Notes under the pieces: model-generated | What the model was told of the DNA's origin: nothing | Databases searched by the model: none | Seen by the model: the letters and a program-made list of their open reading frames with translations, nothing else | Shown: piece after piece, positions 1-15,686 of the stretch | Numbering within the stretch: the first letter of the stretch is position 1 | How the letters are laid out: each line of letters begins with the position of its first letter | Position numbers and translations under genes: made by a program | NCBI RefSeq assembly: GCF_009914755.1 | Contig: NC_060931.1 | Strand: one strand, 5' to 3' | Source of the DNA: the human T2T-CHM13v2.0 reference genome, Homo sapiens | Length of the DNA stretch: 64,000 nt

Positions 1-331
1 CTTCCTGGATGCCAAACGAGACCTTGGGATACAGAGGGCTGTCACACTGAGCTGTTAAACACTTAGCCATCGATGGACAGCAAAGCTAAGAGGGCACAGT
101 ATAACATTCCCTCTGGGGCATCACAGATCATGGGCAGGGACCTCCCTAGACACTGCTACATGGCTGATACAGGGCTCAGCCCTGCTGGTGCCCAAAGGCA
201 CTTGCCCCAGCCCCTGCACCTGCTGACCTGTGTGCTCCCCTTCCTGTGAGGGGTTGAGGGCTGTGGGCTGAGTAAAGAAGCCACCCTCTTCCGGAGTCCC
301 ACAGAAGGGCCAAGGGAACTATCCTATTTCA
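1..331 (+). mobile_element. 3' portion of an ERVL-class LTR (LTR47/LTR18-like)
   Basis: GC-richer block with gagctgttaaacacttagcc, cctgcacctgctgacctgtgtgctcccc and terminus agggaactatcctatttCA, as recalled for this LTR group. Confidence 0.65.
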
Positions 332-339
332 ATTGCAGC

Positions 340-521
340 ATCTCCCGAGTTGCTGAGAGTATAGGCATGTACCACCACACCTGGCTAATTTTTAAAATTT
401 TTTTGGAGATGGAATCTCACTATTTTCCCCATGCTGGCCTCAAACTCCTGGACTCAAACTGTCTTCCCGCTTCAGCCTCCCAAAGTGCTGCTGATTACAG
501 GGTGAGCCTTGGCACCCCAGC
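340..521 (-). mobile_element. AluJ-like fragment (antisense; left arm plus part of right arm)
   Basis: ccaccacacctggctaatttt...cctcccaaagtgctg...attacag; diverged. Confidence 0.85.
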
Positions 522-737
522 CTTCACCATAATTTTGATGTTCGTTCTTGCCTCAATTTTAACAGAATTCATGTTGCCCTGTTAGAGGCTCTTTTCAAAC
601 TGATGTTTTATCCTTTTTAGTGCCTCAAACTAGATCCTGTTCAGGCATGCTATAGCAAGCTTATTTTGATACAAAAATGTTTGAAACCCATGCATAGTTT
701 TTTCATATGCATTTTCTGTGAACTTTTTAAAGATCTG

Positions 738-775
738 GTGTGTGTGTGTGTGTGTATGTGTGTGTGTGTGTGTGT
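738..775. repeat. (TG)n microsatellite with one interruption
   Basis: Seen directly. Confidence 0.97.
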
Positions 776-1231
776 ATTTTCTAGCAACACTGTCTCTTTT
801 CTTTCATTTTGCACTCTGTATATTTTTTGTAAAGAATACATCTTTGGATCTAAGTGGCCGATATGAATTTGTTGAGACTAACAGTTTTTCTGCAGAAGTG
901 AGTTTCTTCAGGTCTGTGCACTGCTGGTCAGAAGGGACCGCTCTGTAAAAGGTGACACTTGGGTTTGTGGAACGAATGCATGTAGGTTGGGGAATCAATT
1001 AAAAACACTTTCATTTTCTCTGTGCTGTGGCAACAAGGTGGATACAGGTAGATACACATGGAGCAGTGATGTGTGCTGTGATCCTGAGAGTGCCCTTTGA
1101 ATCTGCTGAGCTAAACAGTTTTTGAATTTTTTTCCACTCAGTACTCTAAAATTCACCTCCTGGGATTATTCTTTGGCTAAAGAAAAGTATGCCAACATGT
1201 GACAAAATCTGCACTTGAGTTCTTTGCAGGC

Positions 1232-1509
1232 ATTTCTTTTCTTTTTTCTTGTTTTTTTGAGACAGAGTCTTTGCTCTCTTGCCCAGACTGGAGTGCAGTG
1301 ACATGATCAGAGCTTACTGTAGCTTCAAACTCCTGTGCTCAAGTGATCTTCCTGGTTCGGCCCCATGGGAAGTTGGGACTACAGGTGTGTGCCGCCACAT
1401 CCAGTGAATTTTTTAAAAAAATTTCTGTATAGATGGGGTCTTGCCATGTTGCCTAGGCTGGTCTTGAATTCCTGGGCTCAAGCAATCCTCCTGCCTTGGC
1501 CTCCCACAA
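1232..1509 (-). mobile_element. AluJ-like element
   Basis: T-rich tail, gagacagagtct...gagtgcagtg, J-type tcttgccatgttgcctaggctggtcttgaattcctgggctcaagcaatcctcc. Confidence 0.9.
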
Positions 1510-1620
1510 TATGGAAAACATTTCCATTTGGCTACTTTAGTGCATAGAGAAATGTTTATACCTGGGAATATCTGGAGAGTCCTAGAAAGATCTACCCAGC
1601 AACTAAATTGGTAGTTATTA

Positions 1621-2226
<606 letters not shown>

Positions 2227-3519
2227 TAAATTGGTAGATATTAAAGCTTATACTTTGAAAATTAGGCAAGTCTTTTGTTTTGGTGTCAGTATTTCTTGTC
2301 ATTCTTGATTTTTTTGTGAAAGATTGGAGAGCAAAAGTGGTATGAACAGTTGTCAATTCTGTACCATAGTAAGCACTGTGATGCTATTTCATTTTGTTTT
2401 TACAAGTGAAACAGGAGAATGAATCACATATCAGCAAGAAGAGGTTTGTTAAGGCAAGATTGGAGATGCTGCTTCCTTGTTTTGGTTGTGGAGTCTGACG
2501 TTTCTTCATTAGTTCTTGGTATCTCTTGTTCACTATCTGAAATTAACTCCAGTAATCCTTACCCAGCAGGCATAACCTTCAGAGTCTAGCAGAATCCAGC
2601 TAGAAATCTTTAAGCCACAGGCCATCTTGCTCCCTGAATCACTAATGTGTAATTATAACGTGTGCGATTATAAAATGGGAATCAATGTGTTTTGGGGAGT
2701 CTGGATTGACAAGAATAACTGATGAAGTTCAGTTGTCAGATCTATATGGTGAATTATCATAGGGGATGTTTATGGATGAAAGCTCTTGAATTATAGAACT
2801 CTCTCCTGATTCTAGATTCCTTTTCAGTTCCATTTCCCACACATCAAAAGGCTTTCAAAGATAATCCTTTCCTCCACTTGTCACAACTCCTGCACCTTGC
2901 TTTTCTACATTTTTGGAAGAGTGTTTCTATAATAGATGAGCAAGCATATTTTGAGCAAATATAGTAAAATAGATAACATTCTTAAGAATAATATGCAAAA
3001 TTATTAAGCAAACAGAAGTAGACCAGTTTTGTGTTTTATTCTGATTAAATATTAAAACAAGAGTTTTGTATTGGAACACACATTTTATGTAGTTATGTGA
3101 CAATGTGGAAAGTTTAATTATTTTTAAAGAATGAATTTATCAAAAAAATGCCTGTGCCTAGCTGTAGATTAAAGTAATGTTCTTCTAACAAGTAAAATTG
3201 AAGCAATTAAAGAGACTATCCTCAAACTGAGATAGTCATATTGACCATTCTGAGTGTTATTGAGGCAAAACTGTGTTAAGATGAACTGAGACAGTAATCT
3301 TAGAATCTAAGAATTGTCAGAACCCTTAAATGTGAACCACTTTGATGCAAAGTATCTGTTGCTTCCCATTAACCAAAAAGAGAGTTGATGTGTGAGTCTT
3401 TGTATATTAGAGAGACAGTGGCTAAAAAGTAACTGGAAGAAAATAAAATCAGATAATGAGAGATAGAGTAAAAAAAGAATGAATAATATTTTCATTTGAA
3501 GACCTTTCTCTCTTCTTTT

Positions 3520-3671
3520 CCTTTGGCAAATATTATTGAGATCCTACCATGTGCTAAACAGTGCTTTGGGCAAGGGGTATAGGCCCTGAATAAAACACAC
3601 AAGGTCTCTGCTTTCATGGAGGTTACATTTGTTATGGAGAGTTGATGAGACAAGAAATACATAAGCCTGAG

Positions 3672-3708
<37 letters not shown>

Positions 3709-4490
3709 AGACGGAGTCTCGCTCTTTCACCAGGCTGGAGTGCGATGGCGTGATCTTGGCTCACTGCAATCTCCGCCTCCTGGTTCAAGCGATTCTCCTG
3801 CCTCAGCCTCCCAAGTAGCTGGGACTACAGGTGCATGCCACCACGCCCAGCTAATTTTTGTATTTTTAGTAGAGATGGGGTTTCACCATGTTGGCAAGGA
3901 TGGTCTCAATCTCTTGACCTCGTGATCCACCTGCCTCGGCCTCCCAGAGTGCTGGGATTACAGGCATGTACCAGTGCTCCCGGCCAAGTTTGAGTCTTTT
4001 TAAGCCTACTCTGGCTCAAGAGCCTGCCGGAATAAAAAAGTAAAAAATAAATTAATAAGCAGATCTGATTATGGGAAGTATAATGATAAAAATGAAGCAG
4101 TTGAGGGGACAGAGTAATGATGGTAGTAGGTGTCAGTTGCTATTTCAGATCCAATGGTCAGGGAATGCTTCCCTGATAAGGTGAGGTTTGAGCAGGAACT
4201 GAAGGAAGTCAAAGAACCATGCAAATATAGAGGCAGGGGTGGAGGAAGTTGTTGAGGACTAGCAAGGAAACCAGTGTGGATGGAGGAGTGTAGGTAATGG
4301 GGAGAGTAGGTGGATGAAATCAGAGAGAACTTTTTTCCCCATCGAGGAAAGGAAGAGAAGGAGGATGGAACCCAGAAGACTGTGCAGGAACATGCAGGAG
4401 AATCAGAGCAAGTGGTATCCTGGAGGCCAAGAGAAGAAGGGAGGTGATCAATAGTATGTGTCAAATGCTGATGATACTCCCAGAAGTAGT
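3520..4490 (-). mobile_element. L2 fragments (split by the Alu at 3673-3985)
   Basis: L2-like 3' motifs on the reverse strand: caaatattattgag...ccatgtgctaaacagtgct; tggtcagggaatgcttccctgataaggtgaggtttgagcag; tgtgtcaaatgctgatga. Confidence 0.6.
3673..3985 (-). mobile_element. AluSc-like full-length element
   Basis: Long poly-T and complete Alu body; imperfect TSD aagcctgagtct/aagtttgagtct. Confidence 0.93.
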
Positions 4491-4734
4491 GAACAAAGTT
4501 CTTGGTCCTACAACCTAGAAAGTCTGTCTCTACCTTTCCCCTGTCTTTTGTCCCTTGCTATGAGATCTTTAGTTTCTATAAATAATTTGCTTTTATTGCA
4601 TATGCTATTCTTAAGACTTTTCCCACAAATGTCTATTTTGCATACTTCATTAGATTAGCATCTGCTTTTATGGGATGAATTATTTCTGATGTGCTTATTT
4701 TGTTTTGTGTGTTTGTATGTCAGAAAAACATTTT

Positions 4735-4910
4735 TTAGTTCTTTCTATGTGTCAGGCATTGTGCTGAGCACTTTATGTGCATGATCTCATTTAATCCTTG
4801 TTATAGCCTTATGAGCTATAACTCCCCTTATCCCCATTTTACTGATATGGAAAATAGTGATCAGAGAGGTTTAGAAATCAGTGCAAGGTCACATAATTAG
4901 TCAGTGGCAG
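4735..4910. mobile_element. MIR
   Basis: MIR core: atctcatttaatcct...ccccattttactgat...cagagaggttt...caaggtcaca. Confidence 0.75.
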
Positions 4911-6465
4911 AATTATTTTTTTAAACTTCAGTCTTTCTCATTCTAAAATTTTCACTCCTAGCAACAAGAAGTTCCTTCCTATACCTCGCACTGTCTTCTC
5001 ACCAAATATCTCTACTCTTAGAGGTTTTCTAAGAAGCTGATGGAAAGGCTCAGATTCTAGTATCTCCGCCTGTATCTACCCACCTTGCCTCTGTCTTCTC
5101 TGGATTCTCCTACAGAGCCAAATACCAGATTCTGGCACCCCTGTCTGCCTGTCTTTGTCCTGGCTAAGTGTAGCTCCCAACCAGCCCCACCTTTTCCCCA
5201 CACTCCCATTTGCTTTGCTCCAACATGCTATCTTTGTATGATGCTATTCACATGTTTTCCGCTTCCGCCCTTGTCTTCATATGCATTTCATCTGTGTAAT
5301 TTCTTTCTCTCATTTCACAGCCTAAATGGTGCATTTCTTTGGTGTCTCAATCCTTGACCTAATCTAGATTTCTTTGTTGCTATTTAGTGAAAACTCTATT
5401 TGGTTATTTTATTTCACATTGGAAAAAGAAAATGTTCCATGGATTTTTGAGAATTTGTGTGATTTCTGGCTGTTTCTTTATGTTTCATAATGTGCTGCCT
5501 CATTTTGGAGAAAAGACAAAAATAGGCTAACTTTGTTTTACAACTAGGGAAAATGTGCATAGAATTGTTCATATTTGCAAAATGAATTAATAGAACTACT
5601 TAAAATTAGATTTTCCTGCTTTAAACTCCCGTTCTTTATCCTCTGTTTCCATAACTCAGCTATGTATTTTTGTTTGTTTATAATCGTTTGTTTGTTGTGT
5701 TTGGAGCTTGGTAAAAGAATGAAATGTTTTTGTAGAGAAATTCACTCTTCCCCCCAATAATGTGGCTCCCCCATAAGTGCAACAAGATGTCTCTCAAATA
5801 GGGTGAGCTTTAGTTACATCATAGGTGGTGGGTTCCAGCTTCATTTCCCTGCCAATATCATGGTTTTTCCCTTTTCCAAGTACAAACTTCATCTTCAGCT
5901 TGGTTCCAGGATGGGCACTAGTGTGCCCAGCATCATAGCTCTCATAGCTATAAAATCCACTCAAGACGTTCAGAGCCAGCAAAGGCTCATCTCTTTCTCA
6001 CTCTCCTTTATAAAGCAAGTGAGCCTTTACGGGAAGACCCTACGTCTCATTAGCCTGAATTGTAGACCTTGCTTGTATCTATTTATGGCCAAGGACTTCG
6101 GGTCGGCCTCCCATGAAGCATCCAGCTATCCAGAAGAATACAATCAGGGTTCTTTTTAGAGGAAGCAATCAGGGAGGATATGAATCTAGGTTGACAGCCA
6201 AATTTTTAGTTTGTCGTCTTCAGTATATGTGGAATATCCCCTCAGCCAGCCAGATTGTCCAGATCAAGTTTGGTGAATAGTGCAGAGATAATTCATGTCA
6301 CTGGAGCAGCCCCCCTCCTCACCTTTATTGGTGTGGATTAGATTCTGCTGCAAGTAGCAAAGACCTAAACAACGGCCTCTACAAGATGGACCTTTCCCTT
6401 TCTTACTTACAAGTCAGGTGTAGTTCAGGGCTGATATGACAGCCTTCTTGCATAGAATCCTTGGA

Positions 6466-6785
<320 letters not shown>

Positions 6786-6887
6786 GAATCCTTGGAAAGT
6801 TAGGCTTCTTCTAGATCATTCTTCGGCTATACAGTGGTCCAAAATGGTGGCCGTTGCAGCTACTGAATGGAGAAAGGAACACAGTAT

Positions 6888-7269
6888 TTAGGTTAGTGCA
6901 AAACTAATTGCGGTTCTTGCCATTAAAAGTGATGTCATCACACCTGTAATCCCAGCACTTTGGGAGGCTGAGGTGGGCAGATCATCTGAGGCCAGGAGTT
7001 CGAGATCAGTCTGGCCAACATGATGAAACCCCATCTCTACTAAAAATACAAAAAATTAGCCAGGCATGTTGGCGGCGGGCACCTGTAATCAATCCCAGCT
7101 ACTCTGGAGGCTGAGGCAGGAGAATTGCTTGAACCTGGGAGGCTTCCGCCTCCCAGGATCCGAGATGGCGCCATTACTCCAGCCTGGGCAATAAGAGCAA
7201 CACTCTGTCTCAAATAAAGAAAAAAAAAAGTGATGACAAAAACCTCAATTACTTTTTGCACCACCCTAA
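6888..7269. mobile_element. MADE1 (Hsmar1-derived MITE) split by a 5'-clipped AluS (about 6938-7225, + strand)
   Basis: Left TIR ttaggttagtgcaaaactaattgcggttcttgccatt; right TIR aaaaacctcaattactttttgcaccaccctaa; Alu TSD aaaagtgatg at 6925-6934 and 7226-7235. Confidence 0.92.
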
Positions 7270-7612
7270 TGGAGACAAAAGGCTTATACCAGCTATCATG
7301 TCAGGAATATTCTAAGAAGCTACCACGTAACACTTCTGCTTATGTCTCATAGGACAAAAGCCTTACCTAACTACAAGGGAGGGCCAGAAGTGTAGTCTTA
7401 ATTCTGAGAAAAAATCAGGGGAGAATAATTATTGGCCACAGCTAACAGTTTCTGCTGCACCCTCATCTAATCACCTGAGTTAATTATGTTAGTGAACAGA
7501 TGATCAATTACTTAGTATTTGGACTTTGTTTATCTCCCTTTGTCCTTTTGAAAGCTGTGCCAATATCAGCAGAATGATGTCTGATGTTCTAGAGACTGCA
7601 GAACTTATTGTA

Positions 7613-8430
<818 letters not shown>

Positions 8431-9084
8431 TTATAAAGCCTCATCTCTTAATAGAGGACATGACTCTGTGTACAAATGAAAAGGCTTCTTAGTATCTCCT
8501 GATTTCAGAAGAAACAAATTTCCAAGATGAATACAGCTGGGCATTATCTTTTTGTCATAATGTCCTTGCTGAATGCTACTGTCTTCTTCTTTCTTTATAT
8601 TCCTGTATTTCTCTACTTCTTTCACTTTATCATCCTTTTCTCAGCCTTCCCCTTAACCCTGCCTCTGCCAGAAATAGGACTTCTCTAATGGCTGTTTAAC
8701 AGAAGATGACCATACTGTGTAATCTTCATGTGATATACTTTGCTGAATATGATGTATCATTGCCTCTTTGATGACAGTTACCAAATTAGCCTTTCAGACA
8801 ATAATTTCCATAGCTAGATGGACCTTTTCTGGACATTCGTCATTTCTGAGATGATAAATGAGCAGAGACCAAACCTTTTATTTTTTGAAATTGTGTGGAG
8901 TATATTGTGTCCAGAGCATACCTTTTATTTACTATTTCATTTCTTTTGGTATCTCTGGTGGGTAAAGTGGTGTGATTCTTATTCTATAAAGTACAAACTC
9001 ATGTCCACCTTGACATTATTACTCCAAAATATCACACTACATGTTAACTATGGAGCAAGTATTAGAAATTGAACAGATCTCTGA

Positions 9085-9390
9085 TTTTTTTTTTTTTTTT
9101 TTTTTTTTTGGAGACAGGGTCTCACTCCTGTCTCCCAGGCTGGAGTACAGTGGTACAGTCATGGCTCACTGCATCCTAAACCTCCTTGGCTCAGGTAATC
9201 CTCCCACCTCAGCCTCCCAGGTAGCTGGGACTACAGGTGGGTGCTACTGTGCCTGTGTAATTTTTTGTATTTTTAGTAGAGACAGGGTTTCACCATGTTG
9301 CCCAGGAGATTCTTGAACTCCTGGCCTCAAGAAATCTGTTGGCCTTGGCCTCCCGAAGTGCTGAGATAAGTCAGGCATAAGCCACTCTCC
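9085..9390 (-). mobile_element. AluJ-like element
   Basis: Poly-T, gagacagggtctcactc, J-type cctcccacctcagcctccc. Confidence 0.9.
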
Positions 9391-10527
9391 CGTGACTTTT
9401 GAGGTCTTTGAATGTTGCTTGCATTGCCTAGCACTTTTATTTATTTTCAACCACCAACCATCTGTGAGGATCTTGGGCAAGATGCTTCACCTTTTGGTAT
9501 CTTGGTTTTCTCACTGGTTGCTTCAGTAATATTTGCTTTACCTCATAATACTTTGAGGCTCAGAGGAGAATATAATTGCAAAGGCAATTTGGACACTTAG
9601 TAGCTACGTTATTATAAGCTATTATTTACATAGACCTATTTTCTTCTTCAGTGAAATAAGAGTGGTGTAGTTTTCTACTTTCCCAATCACCTAGGTGCAG
9701 TGTACCCTCTATTACTTGCACTAATGGAGAGAATCGATGTTGCAAATTTTCCAGAACGCCAAATAATTAGAAAATCATTCAGAAAATAATTCAGCATTTA
9801 CATTTACATATGGGTCTCTCTTGTGTTCCAAGAATTCATAATTCAGAAAAGAAAAGCAAAATAAATAAATAAATAAATAAAGTCTGACTCAGAAGAAAAT
9901 AAGCTTTACAACTTGCCATCTTTGCCCTTTATTCCCAGCGGCCTTTTGTGGGACAGATATGTATCTATGTCTCTAACCGGTGCAGAGTTCTAGCTTACAG
10001 CATTGTTGGCTTATTTTTATTTTTATTTTTTAACATTTCAAACCTTTAGTCAGACAGGAACTGACTTGTGTGAAGTGTCTATCTTGTTTTCTCAGCTTCT
10101 ATAGCAGTATCAACTACGTATAGATTATGCTAAGAAAGTATGTAATTAAATACTGTCAATGTACATTTGAAAGCAAGTTTGCAGTGAATCACCTATCCAG
10201 GGAATAATCCTGGGTTGTCCTGTAAGAGTACTTAGAAATGCAACAGATGTACACTGCGTTGCCCAGCTTCCCCTTTGTTTATATGCTGCTTTTTAAAAAA
10301 TTGAGGAATAAGTTGTTTGGCATATTCTTTTCGTAGACCTCTTTGTGATCGGGTTTTTTTCAAGGGTAAAAATCTGATTGCTTTTTTAATTCATTGAAAT
10401 GCTGGATTTTGTTGTTTTATTGGTGTCCTTTGGCTTGGCATACTTACTGATAGTCCTGTTATTTTTATTTGGAGACATAGCTTTCTGTTTATTAGTGGAA
10501 ATATATAGTGAAAATCTTTGGAGGCCT

Positions 10528-10581
10528 GTATGTATGTATGTATGTGTGTGTACATGTATGTGTATATATTTATATATATAT
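10528..10581. repeat. Mixed (TATG)/(TG)/(TA) microsatellite
   Basis: Seen directly. Confidence 0.85.
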
Positions 10582-12559
10582 TTTTGGAGGAAGATACATA
10601 TTTTTCAAAAATTAAGGATTAGTTCATTCCCTTCAATTCTAATAGGCCATAAATCACTCTGAATTGTTATGCATCTGTCCCACCATTATATTCACATTTC
10701 CTGGTGGACATGATCTTTATAAATAAATAAAACATTTCAATCCAGCCTCTCCCTCCCCATCTTCATGTTCCTTTCCCACTGCTACTTTCCCTACTTCTTT
10801 CATAGTTGGAAAAAGAGAAATCCCCTAGAAGTGGGAGTGGAGCAGACAGGATGGGCTAGCAGTTTCTGCCTTCCTTCTCTTTCCTCCATCATGACAGAGA
10901 ACAGCTCCCCTGTGCTCTCACCAGCCACAGTAGCAGTGGTTGCACCTGCTGTATCTTAAGGTGTGAATTGTGGCCTTTGCCATTTCACCAGGATGTTGCC
11001 TAAAAATAGAGCTACTGGTGGAGTTAAGTCAAGCCACATGGCTTCCTGAACATCGGGGCTGTGTGTGTGTTGCCAGCTTGGCACTGAAAATGCTCTATCC
11101 CAAATTTCTGTTTTGAAGAAGGCCTCCAGAACATCTCTGGGGCATGGAGGCAATCCAATCCAGATCCTGCACCTGCCCACCCAGCTGGTCACCAATTTTA
11201 CAGGTTCGTATTTTTCAGTACTTTTGTTAACTATATAACCTCAGTTGGGTGACTGCATGCCTAAATGGCAGTGTATGTGTGTGTATGTTTGTAAAAATAT
11301 ACAACTCCAAATAGAGAGGTTGTATGTGATATCATAAACAAATTTGTATCTATAGAAGGTGCATATATGTAAAAGGGTTTTGGAATTTTGCTAAATTGAG
11401 TCCAGCATGATACTGACACACTGGCTTTTATGAAATTGGTTTTTATTAAAATCTGCAGGTAGTTCTTGTACTGGCAATGGCTTTGATTAAGCAGTGTAGT
11501 AGGGTCATATCCTAGAATAACAGCATTTCCAAATCCCTGACTGTTTTTGAAAGAATTGTGATTAAAGTTCTGGCTCTTTTCCCATGATTACTAATGTCTG
11601 CTGAGGGTTGAGTTTCCCAGGTTGTTATTGGCGATTGAGTTGTGTGGCAGCCCGTTGTGCTTTCTTGTCAGTATCAGTGGCATTCTCTAGGGGGAAGTGA
11701 TTTCACATTGAAATGCGAGAACTAAAAGCTGTAACAAAATTAACACGGGGTCTAGGGTTTCTGATGTGACTACAAAACTAGAATGGGAATGTTTCCTAAA
11801 GCCTAATTCATCTGTGATTGAATTTCAGACTAAACAAAGCTGCCATGATGAGAAGGTAGAGAAACCCTTCTAAAAGAGATTATGGATGAACAGATTGAGG
11901 AACATGATATGGCAGGGCAAAGTCTAGACAATCATATATTTCAGCTTCAGCTGGGCCTTTCTTCTTGACAGGTGTGTTCTGTGCCTTGGCATGAGCAGCT
12001 CACTTGGGAAAGCCCGTGCTGTTAGGAATGATCTCTTTGCATGCCAATGGGAAATGGAAAATGAACTCCATTCTTATATAATATGTAGGAAAAAATAAGT
12101 GTTGTGTGTGTTGGGTGGCAGGCATGGCTCCCTAGGTTTTAAGATGTATTGTGGAATTATGTTTGTCTGAAAACAATTATTTAATGTCTACTACTACCCC
12201 AGTTAATGATATGCTCTTTTCCACATTGAAAAAATATGCAGGATTTTAGAAATCAAGAATATATTAGGTGTTTTTTTGTTTTTTAGTTGCTACCAAATTT
12301 AAATTTTACATAATTTTACTCTTTCATCTGCTGGTCTTTTACCTTGGAAATTCTAGAACTTAGGTGTTGATTCTCTACCTCTGTAGGTTATGAAGTGCTT
12401 GAGGTAGAGCACTGTATTTTAGACTCTTTGTTTTCTCTCTAGGTGCCATACTCAAAATAGTTTTGTAATGCCTGTCTGGATTGATTTAGAGCTGCTTCTT
12501 TGTGCTCTACAAAAAATAATTTTTAAACTCAAATGCATCTTCATGCAGATACCTAAATA

Positions 12560-13772
12560 CAATCATTTCTCGCTCAAAGATGGGGGTATCTTTTGAGAAA
12601 TGCATCATTAGGTGATTTCATCATTTTATGCACATCATAGAGTGTACTTCCACAAACATGGATGGTATAGCCTACCATACACCTAGGTTATATGGTATAG
12701 CCTGTCGCTCCTGATATAGTTTATGATATGCCTGCTGCTTTACAAACCTGTACAACATGTTACTGTACTACATGCACAACGTGTAGGCAATTGTAACAAA
12801 ACGGGTATTTGTGTATCTAAACATATGTAAACATAGAAAAGCTACAGTAAAAATACAGTTTAAAGGTGAAAATGGTCCATCTGTATGGGGCCTTTACCCT
12901 TTGAATAGAGCTGGCAAGACTGGAAGTTCTCGAGTGAGTGATGAGTGAATGTGAAGGCCTAGGGCATTACTATATTCTACTGTAGATGTTATGAATATCG
13001 TGCACTTAGGCTACACTTAATTTATAGAAAATAATTTATTAATAAACAGCTTACTGTAACTTTTTTCCTTTATAAATTTTTATTTTTCAACTTTTTTACT
13101 CTTGTAATAACACAGCTTAAAACACAAACACAGTGTACAGCTGTACAAAAATATTTTCATTATATCCTTATTCTGTAAGCTTTTTTCTAATTTCAGAATT
13201 TTTTTTTTTTCTTTTTAAACTTTTTTGTTAAAAACTAGGATATAAACACACACATGAGCCCAGGCCTACACAGGGTCAGGATCATCAGTATCACTGTCTT
13301 CTACCCCCACATCTTGTCCCACTGGAAGATCTTCAGGGACAATATCATGCATGGAGCTGTCAGCTCTTATGATAACAGTGCCTTCTTCTGGAATACCTCC
13401 TGAAGGACCTGCCTGAGGCTGCATTACAGTTATCTTTTTTTATAAGTGAAAGGAGTACAACCAAAATAATGATAAAAGTGTAGTATAGTAAATACATAAA
13501 CCATATCATAGTCATTTATTATCATTAGTAAGTAATGTATAATGTTTGTAATTGTATGTGCTATACTTTTATATGACTGGTGGTTCAGTAGGTTTGTTTT
13601 TACCAGCCTCACTACAATATGTAAGTATTGCATTGCATTGTGAGATGTTAGAACAGCTATGCCATCACTAGGTGACAGGAATTTTTCTGCTCCATTAGAA
13701 TGTTACAGGACCATCATGGTATATGCTGTCCATCATTGTCTGAAACATCACTGTATGTATGGAACATGACTG
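12560..13772. mobile_element. Tigger3-family (Tigger3b/MER7-type) non-autonomous DNA transposon, apparently complete (about 1.2 kb)
   Basis: Left end caatcatttctcgctcaaagatggggg...gagaaatgcatcattaggtgatttc; right end ...catgactg; TA flanks at 12558-59 and 13773-74. Confidence 0.85.
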
Positions 13773-13809
13773 TAATTAAAATGATCTTTTCTTTGAGTTC
13801 TGAACTTGA

Positions 13810-14234
<425 letters not shown>

Positions 14235-14459
14235 TGAAACAATGGACTTCTGGCCTAACCTCTTCTTGTCTTTCATAGGTTGTTAGGTATTCATGTAGGA
14301 ATGAAAGAGAGCAGCGAAATAGTAGGTGTGTCTGTGTATGAACATTAGAGACTAATTCATCAATTCTTCAACAAATGTTTTCTTAGTACACACTATTGTC
14401 AGACTCTGCTTTAGGTGCTTGAGATACAAGAGCAAACAAAACAAAGTTCCTGCAATCTT

Positions 14460-14780
14460 TTAATTTTTTTGAATATTTCATTGAGATAAAATTTATAATA
14501 TAATATTTTATAGAATTGTACAATTATCACTACTATCTATTTCTATCATTTTTATCACCCCTATAGGAAACCGCTATTCATTAATAGTCACTCTGCATCC
14601 CTTTTTCCCACAGCCGCTGGCAACCACTAATCTATTTTCTGTCTCTATGGATTTGCCTGTTTTGGACACTAAGTATAATGGAACCATGAAATGTGTGGCC
14701 TTTATTCTGGTTTCCGCCACTTAGCATAATGTTTTTAAGGCTTATCCATGGTATAGCATGAGTCAGTACTTTGTTTTTCC
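14460..14780 (-). mobile_element. Old L1M 3' UTR fragment
   Basis: ggcaaccactaatctattttctgtctctatggatttgcct...cacttagcataatgttttt motif. Confidence 0.8.
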
Positions 14781-14789
14781 TGAAGTAAG

Positions 14790-15285
14790 GATGACCATTG
14801 AAGGAGCAAGCTGGGGATTGCAGGTGGGTCAGAGTTTGTTTTTGGACATACTAAGTTAGAGTCATGCTTAATGGAATTCTAGTGAAGATGTTGAGAAGCT
14901 AGTTGAAAACCGAAGTCTGGAGTTCAGGAGAGAGGTCTGGGCTGGAGATATGAGTTGAGGAGTCATTAGCATATAGATGGTACTTAAAGCCACCAGGTTA
15001 AATGAAATCTGCTAGGGAGTATAGGTAGAGCAGAGGGAGGTTCGGGAGTTGAGCCTGGGGGCACTCAAATGCTAAAAGGTCAGAAAAATGAGGTGGAATT
15101 AGCCAGGAGACCCCAGAAGGACTAGCTAGTGTGTCAGGAGGAGAATCAAGACAGTATAAGGTCCTGGAAGCTAAGTGAGAAGGTGTTTCTAGAAAGGAAT
15201 GGTTAATTGTGTGAAGTGATGCTGCTAGATCCAATAAGAAAATAAGAAAGATAAGGACAGGGAATTGTTCATTGACTAAGACCAT
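14790..15285 (-). mobile_element. L2 fragment covering degenerate reverse-transcriptase sequence
   Basis: ORF 14998-15285(-) contains LLDLAASLHTINHSFLE, a decayed version of the L2 RT motif LDLSAAFDTVDHSLL. Confidence 0.8.
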
Positions 15286-15686
15286 TTTAAGAAGGTAGTT
15301 TCCACACTAGCATTGGCAAGAGTGAAAGCGAGGGCCTGAGAGCTGTGCATATTCCTGACCATTCCCATGCTCCTAATCCCCTACAAGTCTTCTGGCCTCA
15401 CCTTTACAGTCTGTTCCATCTCATCATGCCCTTTACCTCATTCCTGTAAGCTACCACAGAGAGTCCAGGGTTCACTAGTTATCTGCCATTTTCTGGCCCC
15501 TTATCCCCAATATTGCTCTGTACATCTCTGTTTCCTTCCAGTGTGCATTACTTGAACTTCCCTGTTTCATCATTGCAAATCCCTTATATCCTGAATATCT
15601 TCACTGAATACTCCTTTAACCTACTTCCTAGAGCAGTTAGAATTAAACACAATCTCCCTCTTGAGAAACTGCTTCCTTTGCTGCTG

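Noticed and set aside
650-948. ORFs with CVCVCV or HTHTHT runs
   Set aside because: Translation of the (TG)n microsatellite.
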